Source: Camelus ferus
Taxonomy: Eukaryota
Direction of reading: 5' to 3'
DNA: 64,000 bases
Assembly: GCF_009834535.1 (NCBI RefSeq)
Contig: NC_045697.1
Span: 116,066,001 to 116,130,000, forward strand
Part shown: piece by piece, positions 1 to 13,669 of the stretch
Layout: every line of letters starts with the position of its first letter
Position numbering within the stretch: the first letter of the stretch is position 1
Made by a program: the position numbers and the translations under genes
Notes under the pieces: model-generated
The model's input: the letters and a program-made list of their open reading frames with translations, nothing else
Database searches by the model: none
Told to the model about the DNA's origin: nothing

Positions 1-2171
1 CCCACGAGGCCGCCTTCTTCAACGACTCGTCCCCCACCTCTTAACACCCCACAGGGGCTCGAGCACTCCATCCTCACCTGTGTCTCCCCTGGATGGATAG
101 GACGTTGTACTAAAGACTGAAACCTCTAAGCACACCCTCTCAGTGCTTGGCCTCTCTAACTCCCTCACGCCTACTGAAGTTTTCCTGACCTTTGTTAACT
201 TTCTGCATAGACTGTTGACTTATGCCCTCTTTCCTCTGGGGTCGGTGATCTGGCTCCATGGAGAACCAGACCTGGGTCCTACAGTCCGCCTGCCCCACCG
301 CCTCCCCCGTCCACTCACCTCACCCCACCGTGCCTCCCTCTGCCAACCTGCTGGCACCTTGGCTTCTGTAATGGTGAGTGACTGAGAGGAAAACAACCAG
401 TATTTCTAGAGGATTTATCCACTTGACTAGTTAAGCAGCTTTGCCCCCCGCCCCCGCAAAAAATTGTAAACATATGCTAATTTCTAGGAGAGAAAAGTTT
501 AAGTGGCGACTAGTATTAAATCAAGTCTCTCATACCAATATAATAGAGCCTACAGTTTACTGAGCCTTCTTTTAAATATAATCATTCTTTTCACTTCAAT
601 TCCATTGCCATCGCGTGTATGGGTTATTTAAAATCATTTTCATAATAAAATATTTAAATGAGTCCTACATGTTCTTCAGGGCAAATTATTTAAGATGATT
701 CCTCAGTGCTTTAAAATCAACACATGTCATTATTATCCTTTTTTCTTTTCCCTTTTCTGGCTTTTGAGTATCTTTCTAAATACACGTAGAATAAAATCAT
801 AGAGTGTTCTCCCTGCACCGTGGATGGATTACAGCCCAGCTCTTACATGTCACGTTTCTATTAATACTTGCCAGGGTCACGCTGACTTCTGTTAGATGTT
901 TTTAAAGGTTCATATTTAGCTCATCAAGTATGACTCTAAGATTTTTTTTTGTTACTGTGCTAATAACTCTACACTAAAGAGATTTATTATTTTAGCCACT
1001 TAAAAATGAGTTTTTCATCAAGAGAGGTCACTTTAAAAAAAATCGATGCCTGTTTTCTGTAATGCCAGCAGGCCTAATCCACCGTCTCTTAGAAACTGAC
1101 TGGGTATAAACACACCCCAGGTCTATAAATAAAACCACCATGCTCGCTGCGAATCCGCAGGACTCTGTGTAGCTGTCTCTTCTAGCTCATATGAAACCAC
1201 CAATCATTATAGTTTAATGGGGAAAACACAAGTTTGACAATCAACCCATCAAACAGCATATTCTAGGCCATTTCTCTAATCTTTGGATGAAAATTTTATC
1301 TGAAGTGGAATAAGAAAAAAAAATTTAGTGGAATAAGATCCACTAAATTATCCAAGAAAGAAAACAACCTTCGTGTTCTCAAGTTATCTCTTTTACCACT
1401 GCAGCTTGAGGAATAGATAATAAATGAATTCAGGGTACCCATGTAATTCAATATTTAAAAAAATTTTGGCTGATGGTAATTGAGTTTTGTAAAACATCCA
1501 CGGACACAGAAGGAGCTAAAATGAAGAAATGAGCGTGCAAAGAAGCAAAGCTAAAAGAGCGTGACACCTGCCACTCGGTCTGGTCTGAGCTCCCGGCACA
1601 CGTGAACAGCCAGGAAGGGACTGGAGAATACACGTGACACTCAGGCCACAGAGCCCACCGCGGGGAGGAATGGAGTTCTGGGCTCGGCTGCCGACATCGT
1701 GGCCATCGTTAAATGACTGAGGACAGGAGAGGGGAAGAAAGAGAACGGCGAGGGCGAACAGTAGCACCTAGAGGCAGGGATGGTGGCTGGCAGAGATGGG
1801 AGAGAGGACACCCAGGAACGGACAGACAGGGGCAGAGATGCCGCCAAGTTTCAGGAAGACAGGAGCAAACACATTCTTACTTTTCAGAAGTCCAAGCGAG
1901 AAAAAGAACAGTTCAAGGGAGGAAGTGCTAACTACCTCTGATGAAGACTGAGATGGGCAAGTAAGGGGCCAGAATGGGACTGAAACAAACTGGACTGTTC
2001 AACACCGCTGCTGAGAGCTCAGCCACCAAAACAGAACACCCTGTGGCCCCGGGCACAAACCTGGTCACAAAGCCACCGCAGCACCGGGGTGCAAACCCTG
2101 GTCACGTGGCCGCTGCCGCAGACCCTCCTGACACAGCAACGCCGCGCACGAGAACGGATACAGACACTTAC

Positions 2172-2418
2172 TTATACGGTTTCTGGGGCAGGATGCTAAT
2201 CCGGGTCTTGTCAAGTATCTTTTTTAGCTTGTTCCTTCCCCCGACGGTGTTGGCTTTACTTTTTTTATTCACTTTCTCCAGTCCTATCACCTGCTCCACA
2301 TCCACGGCGAGGTCGGGGATGGAGTAGCGGCTGGCCTTTTTGATGTCTCCAATTTTAGGGAGGTGAGGGGCGCCGTTCCTCTTCTCTTCTGACAATCTTG
2401 TGAGAAGTTCTTTAAATA
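2172..2418 (-). CDS. RAPGEF2: RAPGEF2 exon: (V)FKELLTRL...ILPQKPY(N)
   Basis: 247 nt; acceptor TTTTCAG|; donor AA|GTAAGT; phases 1/2. Confidence 0.97.
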
Positions 2419-2826
2419 CTGAAAAGGAAGCAAACGCCGCAAAATGCCCGTGATAAGAAATCTGGACAACTCAGAGGCAACGGCAGAACTTGGAAATGGA
2501 TGAGAAGTATAGATTTCAGCAATCAGAACTGTGATCCTGTAGAAAAACACCACCCCCATGAGTGAAAGACGCCAAAGCTCTGTCACTTCGGCCCAGAATG
2601 AGCTACAATAAAGGAGTGCACTCTTTAAATCTGTAGGCATTTGAAACAGGTATCAGTAAAAACATCGATATGGATAATGTTAGGGCCCTCAAGCAGATTT
2701 TCATTTAGATCTGATTACACACTTGTGTAATTAATTCTATATCTATGCATTTTACTATATGTTTTCAGTTCTTATGATGTTTGAATTATAAAAATGGTTT
2801 TTTTCAGAATTAAAACCTAAATGTAA

Positions 2827-3007
2827 GTAGGGGAGGGAAACAGCTCAGTGGTAGTGCGTGTACTTAGTATGCACGAGGTCCTGGGTTCAGTCCCCAGTTC
2901 CTCCTTTAAAAAATAATAATAAATAAATAAATCTACCTCCCCCCCAACCAAAACCAAACAAACAAACAAGAAATTCAAAAAAGAAAAAAGCTTAAAAAAA
3001 GCTCCAA
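2827..3007 (+). mobile_element. tRNA-derived SINE (camelid vic-1-like)
   Basis: A box (agctcagtggtag) and B box (gggttcagtcccc); A-rich tail; exact 15-bp TSD aaaacctaaatgtaa at 2812-2826 and 3008-3022. Confidence 0.9.
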
Positions 3008-3084
3008 AAAACCTAAATGTAAAAAAAAAAAAAAAACCAAAGTAGGAGAAAAATAAAAATATGCAAAAAATGCAAAATACTTAC

Positions 3085-3193
3085 CAAATAAATTCGTTTT
3101 CACAGTGATAGATAAGTGTGTGTTATTTCTAAGAATTTCCATGGCTTTTGACAGCTGAATATTTTCAAAGTTTTGACCATTTACTTCTAGTAT
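3085..3193 (-). CDS. RAPGEF2: RAPGEF2 exon: [10 protein letters not shown]...VKTNLF (end of PDZ domain)
   Basis: 109 nt; acceptor CTCTAG|; donor G|GTAAGT; phases 0/1; follows a 100-nt intron. Confidence 0.97.
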
Positions 3194-3293
3194 CTAGAGA
3201 TAAAAGTATAAAATTAATTTCAGTTTCCCAACTGACTGAGGGAAAAGTAGACACTAGCATTTGCCCGGACGTGTGGTTCTAGAAGTACCGTAC

Positions 3294-3497
3294 CTGGTCC
3301 CCTCGTTTCAAGCCCGCTTCGGTTGCCCTGCTGCCCGAATCCACACTGTCAACAAAGATTCCGAAGCCTTTCTCAGAGCCTCCCAGCAGGATGAACGGCA
3401 GCGGGGCTTCTCGGGACGGCTTGGTCAGCGTCATCAGCCTTCTTTTGGCTTTGGCGGCACACGCGATGTTTAACAGCCTTAGATGGCCGCCCATTTT
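3294..3497 (-). CDS. RAPGEF2: RAPGEF2 exon: KMGGHLRLL...GLKRGDQ (PDZ domain)
   Basis: 204 nt; acceptor TTGTAG|; donor CAG|GTACGG; phases 0/0; follows an 89-nt intron. Confidence 0.97.
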
Positions 3498-3586
3498 CTA
3501 CAAGAGTCGGGAAGGAGCGGTTTCAAAGGTAGGCTGAATAAAACAGACTTAGAGGGGATGGCTTTACAGAGTGTAAAAAGTATTAC

Positions 3587-3694
3587 CTCTCTTTCCAGAT
3601 TATTTTCAAATTCCTCTAGAAATCGAGTCATTGCAGGATCCCCTTCAAAGTCATTGAAGTGATTATTCACCCACAATAATACTACCCGTGTAAC
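3587..3694 (-). CDS. RAPGEF2: RAPGEF2 exon: [10 protein letters not shown]...NNLERE (REM domain)
   Basis: 108 nt; acceptor TTTCAG|; donor GAG|GTAATA; phases 0/0. Confidence 0.97.
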
Positions 3695-3844
3695 CTGAAA
3701 AATCAATTATTTTTTAATAGGTTTTCTTCTTTTCAGTGCTAAGAATCTGTGATTAAAGTCATTTCAAAAGATATCCAACAAACCATTCACCTAATAACAA
3801 TGAAAGAGAAAATTAACAACAAAACCCTCGGATTTTAAACATAA

Positions 3845-3990
3845 GTAGGGGGAGGGTATAGCTCAGTGGTAGAACGTTTGCTTAGCATGCACAAGGTCCT
3901 GGGTCCAATCCCCAGTTCCTCCGTTATAATAAATTAAAAAAAAAAAACACCTAATTACCCGCTCCCCAAATTTAAAAAAAAAAAAAAAGA
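3845..3990 (+). mobile_element. tRNA-derived SINE (vic-1-like)
   Basis: gggggagggtatagctcagtggtagaacgtttgcttagcatgcacaaggtcctgggtccaatcccc head; ctaattacc motif; poly(A). Confidence 0.9.
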
Positions 3991-5274
3991 GTATGGCCTT
4001 CTGAAAATATATATTAATACTATGAATGTGGACTTCATGTTGTTTTGCCAAGAAGGGTTTTGAATCCGTGAAGGATGGTAATTAACTTATATCTCGCTTA
4101 CTCTCAAAATATATTTGAAACAGGTCACAACAAAAACAAAGCTATGCTAAAATCAAAATAAATTAATATAAGACAAAAGAAGACAGAAACTAAAAACTTA
4201 AGGAGGAGGGCAGACCAGACAAAAGGAATGAACAGTATTAAGCCTAGAATCATCCTCAAGGGAACAAGCTATAAAAGGAAGCAGGAGGTTAGGCATTATT
4301 GGGAGTTTCTGGTTATTTGCTCACGTTGAGATTTGGGGGAAAACTGAGCAGCCTTTTCTTACCCTGCACTCACACTTTCACTGAGCCCCACACCTTCATA
4401 CAACACACACACACACACACACACACTCACAGCTGTGGAGTGCCTGCTTTGTACCAGCAAGAACTGTGACGCTCGTTAGACTGAGTTCCACGAAGGCAAC
4501 TTTGTCTGTTATGCTCTGTGGGCATCCTGAATACGTAACAACACCTGGCAGAGAGTCAGTTCTCAGTAAAATTTTCCTAAATGAAGTGAGTATAACTGCG
4601 ACTTTAAATATAAAAGTAACTGTTTCACTTCATGTGAGTTTAATTTTTTAAATTTTGAAAACCAAGGCAGAGGAAATTTTCCATAGCACTGTTTTCAAAC
4701 ATTAACCTCTTCAACAAAGAGGGAAAGTTAAGCCTGCTGTTCTAGCAGCAAAGAAACAGAGCTGAGGGTAGACAGTTAATTTTCAAGCTACAGTTGAAAG
4801 ACTATTTACAGTTAATATGCTGTGACCAATGATAGTGTAGGACCTGACTAATCACTCAGGAGTCGTCTTGATATTTATATTAATTTTTTTGTCATTTATT
4901 ATCACTACTGCCCATTTTTAAAATTTAGGAAACCTGGATGATCTGCTCCCCTCAAACTATATTCTTACCAACTGACCTTTTTGTAAAATTGAAAATTTTG
5001 CAGCTGAGAAGCCAACTTAAAAGTCTTCAAGCCATATTACAGGTTGTAAAAAAGAGATTCACAAATCATAAATTGAAGACCAGCAAGTACCACCACCGCC
5101 AACCTTTAAGATGCGTTCAGTGCTCTCGCTACATAAAGAACACGGCTACTGCTGCTTATCCTCACGGTGACCTCGAAAGGATGTTGCTTGTTTATTTTAC
5201 AAGTTAAGGGATGAGTGCGGGAGGGTCAGAGGTCCCACGAGGTAAAGGGTGGAGGCAGTACTCAGTTGAGTTTT

Positions 5275-5790
5275 TGTAACAGAAAAGAAGACATCTGACT
5301 CCACATTAGACCTGTTCCTTTGGCTCTAACCCTGGGCTCTGTTTCCTGGGCTCAGTCACGCTGGTTCTGCACCTTTTGTAAAAGAATGTTGCCTACAGCC
5401 TGAAATAGACAGGAGAGCCCATCCTCAAGGCTCTGACCTTTAAGGGTTAACACTTTTCCATTCATATAGAGATAAAAAGTTGCAGAACAGAGAGTAGCAT
5501 TTGTCTTGTTGGAGGTTTACAGGGACACCATGACCTGACCCACGTGGACAGCTGCAAGAACAAAGGATTCCAACACCAAGAAGTTTGCAACAATCAACCA
5601 CACCCTTTCCCTTTTATTATAAAAGGAGCCTGAATTCTGACTTGGGGAAGATGGTTCTCCAGGACATGTGTGCCCCATCTTCTCAGTCTAGTGGCTTTCC
5701 AAATAAAATGGTTAGTCCTTGCCCCACAGCCCGTGTCTTGACTTACTGGCCTGTCGTGTGGCCAGCAGAACAAGCTTGGACTCAGCAACA
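5275..5790 (+). mobile_element. Solo ERV LTR (ERV1 class, probably MER41-like)
   Basis: TGTAAC...CAACA termini; 516 bp; TATAAAA at 5618-5624; AATAAA at 5702-5707; near-identical flanks gtttt/ctttt. Family name from memory only. Confidence 0.8.
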
Positions 5791-6494
5791 CTTTTACAGC
5801 TTCATAAAGGGCTCGGGTAAGCTCCCCTGTGCCACAACTCTCAGGATGTGAAGTGCTCTGCTACATACGTAATTTCTCGAAGACTGCGGGGCTAGCCTCC
5901 TGTTCTGGATTCCTACCCTGCCTCTATCTCCCAAGTCTGCTGTGTGGAAGGATTAACTCTCAAACCCCTTACAAGCACAGACTCTGTCCTTGAAAAAGGG
6001 CTGGACCCCCAAGCTGCTGAGGATGGCCTGTGCAGAACTGCACTGCCGGGGCCCGCTGGCCCGTGGTATCTGATGCTGGGGCACTGCCCTGGTGCCAACT
6101 GAACGCTAACTCCCACCTGGAGCGCCCGGGCCATCTACTGAATCCAAAGATGCAGAGGCCCACGTAACTTCGGTGTTGGGATGTTCAGCGGTTGTGTTGT
6201 AACAGAATTTGCAGCAGAAGTAAACGTTCAACATTTTTTGGCCAATGTCTTGGCCTTTGCATACGACAAACAAACAAACAAAAACAAACATTTCTAGGGA
6301 TGAGCTTAGAAATCTGGAACAAGAATTAAAACTTACATTACTTTTTTTTTTTTTTTTTTGCTTGAAGTCAATTCTCTTATTCTATTAGAATAACCTGAAC
6401 ATAACTGGTGTGAAAAATACATATACACTACGTCTCTTTAACTTTATATCTGACTGTTTCCTATTTAAAAGAAAACAAGAAGGCGTCTTCCAAC

Positions 6495-6659
6495 CTTGTC
6501 CCTGAGGCTCGGGTCGTTAAACCACTCCAGTAACTTTTTGCCCACTTCCATTGGGCTGGAGAGGAAAGTCCTGTAGGTCAGGAGGAAGTCTTCTATGAAT
6601 GTCGGGTCCACCACCGAATGCTCTTCCACCAAGTGCATCGTCAGTCTTTCTGAGGTGCC
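6495..6659 (-). CDS. RAPGEF2: RAPGEF2 exon: [10 protein letters not shown]...DPSLRDK (REM / RasGEF N-terminal domain)
   Basis: 165 nt; acceptor TTACAG|; donor AAG|GTTGGA; phases 0/0. Confidence 0.97.
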
Positions 6660-6917
6660 CTGTAACAGACCAAAGCTTTGGTCACCACCCTGTGCGAACG
6701 GCATCTATTCCGTATGACTTCGTATCTTCAACGTGAGATGAACGGCGTAGTGATACATCTAATAATGAGCAACACTCAGGAAAGACAAAGGTCTATTACA
6801 ATTGAGAACATTCAAGAGAAGTTACGCATAAAAACGGGGTAGGGAGCCATTTCGAACTGCCATAACCGATACTACCACACCCTCCCTCCCCTGGTGGGGG
6901 GATGCGCGGGGTCCTAC

Positions 6918-7070
6918 CTTGATGACGATGTGTCCCTTCCTCGTCCCAGTGCGGTCAAGCTCCCGGTGTTCTTTGACCATGACAATTTCTCCTTCCTCTT
7001 CAACTTTCTGCATATTCTTTTCTACCTGGTTGAGAATGCGGCAGTAATCTTGCTGGGCTATGCAGACAAA
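6918..7070 (-). CDS. RAPGEF2: RAPGEF2 exon: FVCIAQQDY...KGHIVIK
   Basis: 153 nt; acceptor TTCCAG|; donor AAG|GTAGGA; phases 0/0. Confidence 0.97.
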
Positions 7071-10000
7071 CTGGAACAGAACAGAAGCCCCATGTTAATG
7101 ATAAAGTGCTCGCAGGAGACCGAGCGGTACTGATAATTCAGTGTGTTAATTATTTAACGCTGACATTTCTCCATGTCTTTTCCATACTTTCTAAATGAGG
7201 GCAGTAATGAACCTTAATCAGACTTCTCTACTTTTTCATCTATTTCTTCCTCGGTCAAGAAAAGTTTCATTTTTAGAATATTTATATGTAGTTTATATTA
7301 AAAATCCTAACAATTAAAAAAATCAGAGGATAAAATTAGGAGAGTACTTTCTCAGGCCCCTTCTTTACAATGGGGGACGTGGGTGGGCTTCAGGACACAG
7401 GTACAAACAAAATGATCATTTAGTGGGTTTTTTACATTTGAAAAGATTTTGAAAACAACAGTTTTAAAATAAAGATGGTTTTAATAAAAGACATTGAAAT
7501 TCAAAGATACCTATGCAGTAGAAGATGGTAAATTTGCCTATTATACTGATAAAAATCATTTTATCAAGTCTGTTCAAAAGGTCCACAAAAGAAGCCACAC
7601 ATTGATAAACTCAAATCCTTATTCCTTATAACTAGTGTCAAGATTAACTCTTCCTCTCAAAAGAAAGTTAACAAAAATATGCACATTAAGCAACTTCTCC
7701 TCCATAACCCCAAATGTAAAAAATTTCAGGGCTCAGGGCAAACTATTTAATTATATTTCTTAGTAGTTTTACAGACAGTTAAGAATGAATTTTAGAAATC
7801 ACTTATTACATAAATTAACCAGAGGCCAGTGAGGAGACAAGAATAGAAAGTAAATAAAAAGTATTGTCTTCTCTGAGTTTTGAATAATTTATTCTTATTC
7901 GAAGAAACCATTTAGGAATAAAGAAAGGCTGCACATTTCTTTTTCTCCTTTACAGTGAAAAGATGAAAGCAGGGAATGGTTAAGTCACAGTGTGGATAAG
8001 ATAAATGATGCTACAGCCATCAAAAATCGTATTTTCCTAGGACAGTCAGAGTTCTGGTTCCATGTTCATGATATTCCTTAATTTTTTTAAAGATGCAAAA
8101 CCAAATGCTGTGATAATGATGGAAATGACAGTGATGACACCACACTGGTAGCCTTACAGCGCTTTCCCACTTCACCCTCCCCGTCATCATGTGAGGAAGG
8201 CACCACCACTACCCCCCACTGTAAGGTGAGGAAACAGCTGCCCAACGTCTCACAGCTACATGCTTGCTACTTAAGAAAAAATTACACATGCGTATCAAAA
8301 TCTTGGAATATAACAAAATGTTAATAATTATTTCTGAGCAATGCAAACTACAAGCGGCTTTTGTTGTTTAAGATGCTTTTCTGTATTTTCTATACTTTCT
8401 GCAAAATCAGTAAAGCTTTTTTTTTTAAACAGAAGTAGCAGCAGCGGTTCACACTCAAGAAATGGCATAGTAGGATATTAAGTTTCTTCCACTAAGTTGG
8501 TTGATGTATAATCTCACTAATTTTTCTATTAAGGGTTTAGAATCAAAAATTAAAATTCAAAAAAACATCGGCTTTTCTACTAAGTAATTATGGATAGCTA
8601 AATTTTTTTAATGCCTTAAAAAAAAACCCAAGCTCACATCCATAACACTGACCACAAGTGTATATATGTTTGAAATATGTGGTCCTTAGTTTCTTGTCCC
8701 CCGAAATTTTTTTCTTCTTTTTATAGGGCAGCAAAACTGTTTCTCAGGCCTCTAAATAATTTTAGGTGTTCTTTCTTATACTTGGTTTTAGAGAATATAA
8801 TTATATCATTTTCTCATTTATCTAAAAAAGAAATATACCCCTGAGTTAAAACAAGTAGGTAGATAGATTAAAAACATGCTTTTTAAAGAGAAAGGTCCGA
8901 AATTAATCTTCTTGACTAAGGACTTAAAGAAATTAGAGTAAGTTTGACTTGAAATGGTTAATGTCTAGAAAGACATTTCTGGTATTTCTCCTGCAGCAAA
9001 ATGAAATCTCATCTAAAAAGGAAAGAAAAAAAAAATCCCAAACTGAATTTCTGATAGGGCCATACAGAACCGGTATCTCAAAAAAAAAAATACATTTTAG
9101 ATGACAACATTTATCTATTTTTATTAGCAGATTTATTTTTGCTTGAAGAATTTTATAGATATAACATGAAATTTATAGGTAAAATATAATTTTAACTGGC
9201 GTGATGAAGCTAGTTGAAAATCTGTGAGTTGTATATGTAACTGTTTTAGTGAGGCCTTATCCTTTCGGACAGCCATGGAAGTACTGTACGGGCTTGGCCC
9301 TCTGATATGAAATGAAAATTCAACCAAGATCTCACTTACAGAAGGTCAAAAGCAATTTACGTCACAGGGTGATTTTCTTCTGGGCATATGACCTCACAAT
9401 TTATAGTTAATAAAAATATGAAAAACGATAAAAGAATGAAGTAATACTAAACATCAAGCAACAGAGAGAACAGTCAACTTCCCATATGTCCATGCAACTG
9501 CTTTTGCCTCCAAGATGACTTCTTTAAAATTCAGAGCATCGTTAGCTCCACAGTCTCAGGAAGAGCTGAGTGTAAGAGACGCACCGTACGAGGTGGGATC
9601 TGCTTACTCTGCGGTCTGTAAGAAGTTCATAGCCAACTGCTCACACAGGGGTCCGGGGGTTCATCACCCCCTGCAGGGTGCGGGGCAGGGCTAAGCCGGA
9701 CCTGGGGGTCACTGGAAGGCCTAGGACATTCTGTCCGCTTCATTCAGTAACTGTTGACTGACTGACTGCCGTGTGCTCCGTGGAAGGACAGACACTCATG
9801 GAGAGGGTTTCGTGGATGAATAAAAATATGATGCCTCGTTTCCTTTACTTCCCCCAACAAGAGGAGGACCTGACAGGTGCACTTTCTGGCAAAGAAATGA
9901 CATTATAACAGAAATACACTAAAATCTGACCCCAAATAAGCATTTGCATTAAAATCTCTAAAGTCGCTCTCCATTCCTGTTCTGAGTGGAGGGGCAGATG

Positions 10001-11824
10001 GGTCGGTGGGAGAAGGAGTGGTTGCTGAAAGCTCTGATTTCGTGTGCCCTCCCAGCGTGCGGGGCGGACTGCAGGGGGAGAAAGGCGTCCTCCAGCAGAC
10101 GCTGCGCCCTGGACCCCATGTCCGTCTGGGTCTCACATCAGGAGCGGTGGGAGCCTAACACTATCTTGATGGGAGCCTTCCTTTTCAACTGAGAGTTTTC
10201 TCCAGGAGTCTACGTTGCTATCACCCTGGATTTCCCACTGATTCCTCATCCGGTAAATAGATGAACTCTCTGCCTAACGTCTGCCTCCTCCTCCTTTCCC
10301 AGAACTCACAGATAAATATTCAGTGTTACCTGGGACATCTGACACTACTTAAGTACTCTGCAATGTTACGTCGTATAATATTTTTATCAACTATTCTGAA
10401 ACATTTCTATGCCTCCTGTGTCATTTCTGTTCCAAGATTTTGAAATTTCTAACAAGGAGGGTTGGCCAGTTAAGGGTGGTAGCTGAATTCTCTGAAATAA
10501 GATAACCATTACTCGCCCTTTAAGGACAGACTGACTCAAATGCCCTGTTGAGCCTGACTTGTAGGAGGGCTCAGGGAGGAGCTGAGAAGAGACAGTGGGG
10601 TGGGGACATCTTCAACAATTTTCTAGTTCATTTTGACTCAGTTTGGCTTCTTTTTTTTTTTTTTTTTTGGAGTATAATTCTCAAGCTGAAATATCACATA
10701 TGACCCCTTTTAAATACACATTTTGAGGCCGAGTAAAGACCTGGAGATTTACCTACCATTTTCTTTCCCTCTATTATGCCAAACAATTGGGAGCTGACTC
10801 TGTTTAGAATGCCTTTCTGGCATGACATACTCACAACACTGAATTCATGGCCACTTTTCTCTCTGTGGAGCTCACTGAAGGAGTCACTGAGCAAAATTAT
10901 TCTCTAGGTAAGATGATTTTATTTATAGCCATGGTCGTTTATCTTTTTAGTAAGTAAAATGCTTAAAAGGAAAATTTAAATGAACACTGTTTTACATTTA
11001 TCAGACATTATAAAGTCAATGATGATCTTTTAGAATAAACTATATTCTGATGTATTTCAGACAGTAGACTAATAAATACAGTGAGCACTTAACATTAATT
11101 AGTCTAAGTGACATCTTTTGGCTTATTTATATTAAAATATTTTATCTTTCAAGGGCAAATTTTTTCAGAAGACATAAATCATAAATACTGAATGGTAATA
11201 AAAGCACTCAAATTTATTTTACACTAATATGGAGGTTACCAGTTGTAGCAATCTAATTAAATTTCACATTTGGTCTCACTATTATTTCTAGTCTTTTATT
11301 TAATGCTTTTAAATAATGAATATTAACATAATATCAATACTGCCATTTTTCTTTCCATTAGCAGTATTTTTTTCACCAGCAAGTCTTTCTACTGATTCCT
11401 GCTATGATTAATTTTCACAGCTTCTAAAATCAATTCCTTATCTTGTATGTATTTAAATAAAAACACTGCATAACTGTTTCACATCATCTTTACTCATCTA
11501 CATATAATTTCTTTTCATAATGGGCATTTTACTTTTATATTTTTTGTTGAATAGATTATCAATTATTATTGATGCAAATTTTAAAATAACATATTTATAG
11601 AACACATTTATAAAATACTTCCTTGGATTTTGAATAATTTTAAGGGAGATTTATTTTTAATTTTCTAAAGCATGGTAATGCTAAAAGCAATAGTCCTATT
11701 TTAAAATCACCTTTATAAATCTAGAAGATGACCTGCTTATACAGGCAGAAAAACCTTACCACAACTGCATATATAAGTGTTCTTTATTCAGCACCAAATA
11801 TACATTTTTAATGACAGCTTATAC

Positions 11825-11983
11825 CTGGCAGTCATCCACCTTGGTCCTCATCACTCCTTTCATGTATTCTTTGTCCATGGTGGGAGAGACACCAAAACTA
11901 TTCCCCATACACAGTATTTCCGCTTTTCCGTCAGGATAAGTCACTTCCACAGAACCGTTCAGAATCACTGACCAGGAGTCCAG
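11825..11983 (-). CDS. RAPGEF2: RAPGEF2 exon: [10 protein letters not shown]...TKVDDCQ (cNMP-binding domain)
   Basis: 159 nt; acceptor CCAG|; donor CAG|GTATAA; phases 0/0. Confidence 0.97.
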
Positions 11984-12541
11984 CTGGCTCGAACAGGGAA
12001 GACAGAGCAGAAAACACCGTCATGACCGTGAAGCAGAAAGTGCTAGGATAGTCTCTACAGATGGTTTAGAGCTTGCATTTCAAAGAGGGAACAAATGACC
12101 CAAGGCCAGGGGGCCGATCGCCAGGGTCCCAGGGCTTTCAGACACCCGCACGGGGCACCAGGCACTCCGCTCTCCTCGTGACTCAGGACAACTCGAGGAA
12201 GAAATTCCTTCTGTTCCCCCCAAACACATGAAAACAAGATAGAATGATCGCCAATTGAGAGCATCATTTTGCTTTGACAAGAGGCATTCTATTTTGAACT
12301 TTTAAGTCACAAAGTCTGAAAAGCTTATGCCTCCCAATATTTCTATCCATATCATATGAAACACTGCAAGTGCTGGGAGATAACACGAGGGATTCGGAAT
12401 ACTGGACCCAACGACGAGTGTATTGTAACTCTTGAACTATGCAAACTTGTTGCCTCCCGTTGCTTCTGAAGGGGGAAGCCTGAGGTCTGGCTTTCTGTTC
12501 ACGCGCTGTATGGGGGTCCCTACGGGGAAGGCTGCCCGCAC

Positions 12542-12678
12542 CTCTTCGCCGTCATTGAGAACGATGGTCCCCGCTCTCTCCACCACCGCGAACACCATCA
12601 CGGCGCACAGCTCCCGTCTCACCGACATGGTCATGTTGGCAAAAGCGGGCAGCTGGTGCATGAATTCCAAGAGTTGTT
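12542..12678 (-). CDS. RAPGEF2: RAPGEF2 exon: (E)QLLEFMHQ...VLNDGEE (start of cNMP-binding domain)
   Basis: 137 nt; acceptor TTTTCAG|; donor GAG|GTGCGG; phases 1/0. Confidence 0.97.
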
Positions 12679-13397
12679 CTGAAAAGCAAGAGACGTGCGT
12701 TAAAATTACAACTGTTTTAAAAAACAGGTGTCGGCAGAGAACACTCTAGGCTTGTTTCTTCTTAGAGGCCCTACGATCCTGCCTAGTCAGCCGTACAGTG
12801 ACTTTGAGCATCTTTAGCACAAGCTGAATGCCCTGCAGTAATACGGAGAATTCTGCCACGGTGGAGAGGGTGACGTTTCCAGGCCAATCCAAGAGCCCCA
12901 GGACACACTGTACCTCAAATTCTAACGGGAATGAAGAAATTCATAAACGTCGAGTGGGGAATCTCTATCGAAAGTGAGCTGTGATCTGACTAAGGCTTAT
13001 TAAGGGATGAAATGATGGGCAGAAATGAAACAGAGCTCTGCGACTTCTCCAAAAAGTCAGGAGGTCTGGTCCAGCGTCTTCTGGGCGACTAACTGGGTAC
13101 CTGAAACAGACAGCAGAAACAGCCACCTGGACTCCCCTGGGACTTGGAAACCAGGCAATATTTTCTATGGCACAGACAAATCTGGAAAAATTAAGCAATT
13201 ATAAAATTTACAGCCTGACATGGTAAGTGCAAATGAAAATTGTTCTCTTAATTCTCATCCCGCAGATTGGCAAAAAGAAGGTCTGACCATCGCCCCACTG
13301 GCGATGCGGTGGAGAAACGGCGTCTGCTCTGGTCCAGTTCCAGCGGCTGTTTGGATGGGTGACTTCAGTCTTCCCAAGCCCTGTGGTATCTATTCTT

Positions 13398-13555
13398 TTT
13401 TTTTTTTTTTGAGGGGGAGTCTTAAGGTCTGTCTGTCTATCTATTTATTTATTTATCACTAGTTAGTTTTTTTTTTTTTTTAACGGAGGTACTGAGGATT
13501 GAACCCACGACCTCATGCACGCACATGCTCTATTACTGAGCCATACCCTCCCCTG
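13398..13555 (-). mobile_element. tRNA-derived SINE (vic-1-like), reverse orientation
   Basis: Reverse-complement tRNA head with poly(T); 17-bp TSD with 2 mismatches (13381-13397 and 13556-13572). Confidence 0.85.
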
Positions 13556-13669
13556 CTGTGGTCTCTGTTCTTGATTTTCTCTATTGTTCGGGAGCTTTCC
13601 TACGTACTTCCTAAGTTCTTTCCCGACCCCTCACCATGGCTCTGTGCGATGCGTGGTTTCTTTCTCATT

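Noticed and set aside
6894..7133. Plus-strand ORFs opposite RAPGEF2 exons (also 1974..2327, 3261..3473, 11777..11971, 12432..12749, 18470..18740)
   Set aside because: Antisense shadows of real coding exons.
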